DNA of 35,835 nt from a virus (lineage: Duplodnaviria; Caudoviricetes): IMG/VR virus record IMGVR_UViG_3300046779_000237, positions 1 to 35,835 of that record; one strand, written 5' to 3'. The notes under the pieces were generated by a model. The model was not told the DNA's origin and searched no databases. It saw only the letters and a program-made list of their open reading frames with translations. Of this stretch, positions 34,584 to 35,835 are shown one piece after another (position 1 is the first letter of the stretch; each line of letters begins with the position of its first letter). Made by a program: the position numbers and the translations under genes.

Positions 34584-34951
34584 AGGTTCCCCAAGGGTGG
34601 AAGCCCACCAGATCCCAGGAACCAACTCTTTGCAACCTTTATAAACATTCCCTAGATACCCCATAAGGCTACGATTCTTTCATCCACAGGTTTGTCTCCA
34701 CCGCATGCCCTGTGAACTACCTGAGTCCCTCGTAGACAGGCTCAGACCTAAACGTAGGGTGTACACGCTAGGTGTCTTTTCTTCCTGGCCGCCGATTCAA
34801 GCGCACTACTAACGGGAGGAGTCCGACTGGAAATGAAAAAACCCCTAAGTGAGACTTGGGCTTGACAGGCCAGCACGGGAACGAGTGCGTGCATAACAAG
34901 CCTCACTTAGAGGTTCTTTCTCGTTCCTAATGCTGGAGCGTCACTTCCAGT
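34584..34951 (-). ncRNA. Structured non-coding leader / candidate ncRNA with c4-like 5' domain
   Basis: Multiple stems; mismatches in the main stems become G-U pairs on the minus strand. Confidence 0.55.
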
Positions 34952-34960
34952 ACCGACACA

Positions 34961-35296
34961 TTACTCCACATCTCCGTCAGCTGTCAACTCAACAATTCGC
35001 TGTACATATCTACCCTTTGAGTTCTTACGCCAGCCGTGGACAAACACCCGCCAGCCAGAAGCCAGCATGATAGGAAACGCCTCATTCTCACGGATCTTTT
35101 TAATCCGAGCTGACACGCCTGTCGAGGTTGTCTGGACGGCCCAGGTCTCGCCGTTACCCAAAGCCAGTAGATCTATACACCCGTAGAGGTCTACACGCTT
35201 CCTAGAGAAAGCGTTCCAGTACTCACAGATCCACGGGATCATCCCTTGATCTCGGAGGTAGGCTAGGCTTCTTTGGGTGGGTGATTTAGTGGCCAT
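34961..35296 (-). CDS. PD-(D/E)XK nuclease (resolvase/VRR-NUC-like)
   Basis: SPTQRSLAYLRDQG...DLYGCIDLLAL...AVQTTS...VHGW. Confidence 0.7.
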   Translation of the reverse strand: MATKSPTQRSLAYLRDQGMIPWICEYWNAFSRKRVDLYGCIDLLALGNGETWAVQTTSTGVSARIKKIRENEAFPIMLASGWRVFVHGWRKNSKGRYVQRIVELTADGDVE

Positions 35297-35329
35297 GTAT
35301 CAAATATACAACATAGGGAAAATACTTAG

Positions 35330-35357
35330 TTGACTTGTCTACACATGGGTGTATAGT
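35330..35357 (+). promoter_or_regulatory. Putative early promoter in the divergent control region
   Basis: TTGACT, 16-nt spacer, TATAGT; inverted repeat tacac-atgg-gtgta (35340-35353). Confidence 0.55.
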
Positions 35358-35398
35358 TCTACTCATGGCAGCAATCAAGCGGCCTAAGGAGAAGAAAA

Positions 35399-35575
35399 AT
35401 GCAAAACCTAAACGACGCAATCATCAACTACGCAAAAGCAGTAGCAGCAGCAGAAGTAGAGATTCAAAACAAAGCTGGCCAGAAGATGATAACAAATGCC
35501 CTGCATAACGTAGAAATGGCTAGGGTCTACTTAGAGAAAAATGGAGTAACCCTACCGATCGGGGTTCCACACTAA
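35399..35575 (+). CDS. Early hypothetical protein (58 aa)
   Basis: SD taaggag; MQNLNDAIINYAKAVAAAEVEIQNK... Confidence 0.7.
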   Translation: MQNLNDAIINYAKAVAAAEVEIQNKAGQKMITNALHNVEMARVYLEKNGVTLPIGVPH

Positions 35576-35582
35576 AACAGAC

Positions 35583-35598
35583 GGGGGCTACGGCCCCC
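35583..35598 (+). promoter_or_regulatory. GC hairpin with cUACGg tetraloop between early genes
   Basis: gggggc-tacg-gccccc with no U-tract, directly followed by an SD. Confidence 0.55.
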
Positions 35599-35613
35599 AT
35601 CAAGGAGAAGAAA

Positions 35614-35835
35614 ATGTCTTATGTCTACGGGTATGACGCAAACACAGCAGCACTAGAAATGTGGCACAGAGCGCAAGAGCAAGCAGAGCAGGAAAGAGAA
35701 GAGATGGCCGGTAACATCGTTGATAGTCTGCGTGACTCCGGTCAAAAGATGCTGCTTCTGGCTAACCAGATTGAGTCTGGCATCTCTACGCTAGACCTCG
35801 ATCACGCTGGCGAACACACCGACTGGATCGCCGAT
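35614..35835 (+). CDS. Early hypothetical protein, 5' part (95 aa in total, ends at 77)
   Basis: SD aaggag; open to the window end and continuing across the junction. Confidence 0.7.
   Translation, partial: MSYVYGYDANTAALEMWHRAQEQAEQEREEMAGNIVDSLRDSGQKMLLLANQIESGISTLDLDHAGEHTDWIAD
35825..35835. repeat. Terminal direct repeat, copy 2
   Basis: Identical to 1-11. Confidence 0.85.

Noticed and set aside
1-35835. Alternative genetic code or tRNA genes
   Set aside because: Core genes are intact under the standard code with all three stop codons used; no tRNA cloverleaf recognised by eye

Overview
The window looks like an essentially complete, circularly permuted genome (~35.8 kb) of a tailed dsDNA phage with P22/podovirus-like gene order. 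An 11-nt repeat at both ends joins an ORF across the junction. The + strand carries small early genes, a Rad52/Sak-like annealing protein, modular REWVGLTDE-type genes, a putative late promoter, an ART-like gene, TerS, TerL, portal, scaffold, major capsid protein, a GT2 glycosyltransferase, adaptor/nozzle/tail proteins, ejection proteins, a LamG/SPRY receptor-binding protein and a lysis cassette. The - strand carries a nuclease, a ~375-nt structured non-coding leader, a Mom/XF1762-like GNAT protein, a short replication protein, a C5 methyltransferase, NinB, a Ref-like HNH, a PAPS-reductase-like protein, an NDP-sugar epimerase plus second GT, a Q-like regulator, a YqaJ exonuclease and a MazG-like NTP pyrophosphatase. 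I recognise no integrase, CI repressor, polymerase, primase/helicase, tRNA or CRISPR array. Main highlights: (1) a dual-frame C5 MTase with motif IX and [WY]PTP repeats in a fully overlapping second frame (M.EcoHK31I-like); (2) a structured RNA leader resembling c4/CI antisense elements; (3) a two-locus glycosylation and modification toolkit; (4) repeat-bounded gene cassettes, one split by a 35-bp tandem duplication; (5) a peptide motif shared between two tail proteins. All family calls come from motif recognition by eye; no database searches were run.
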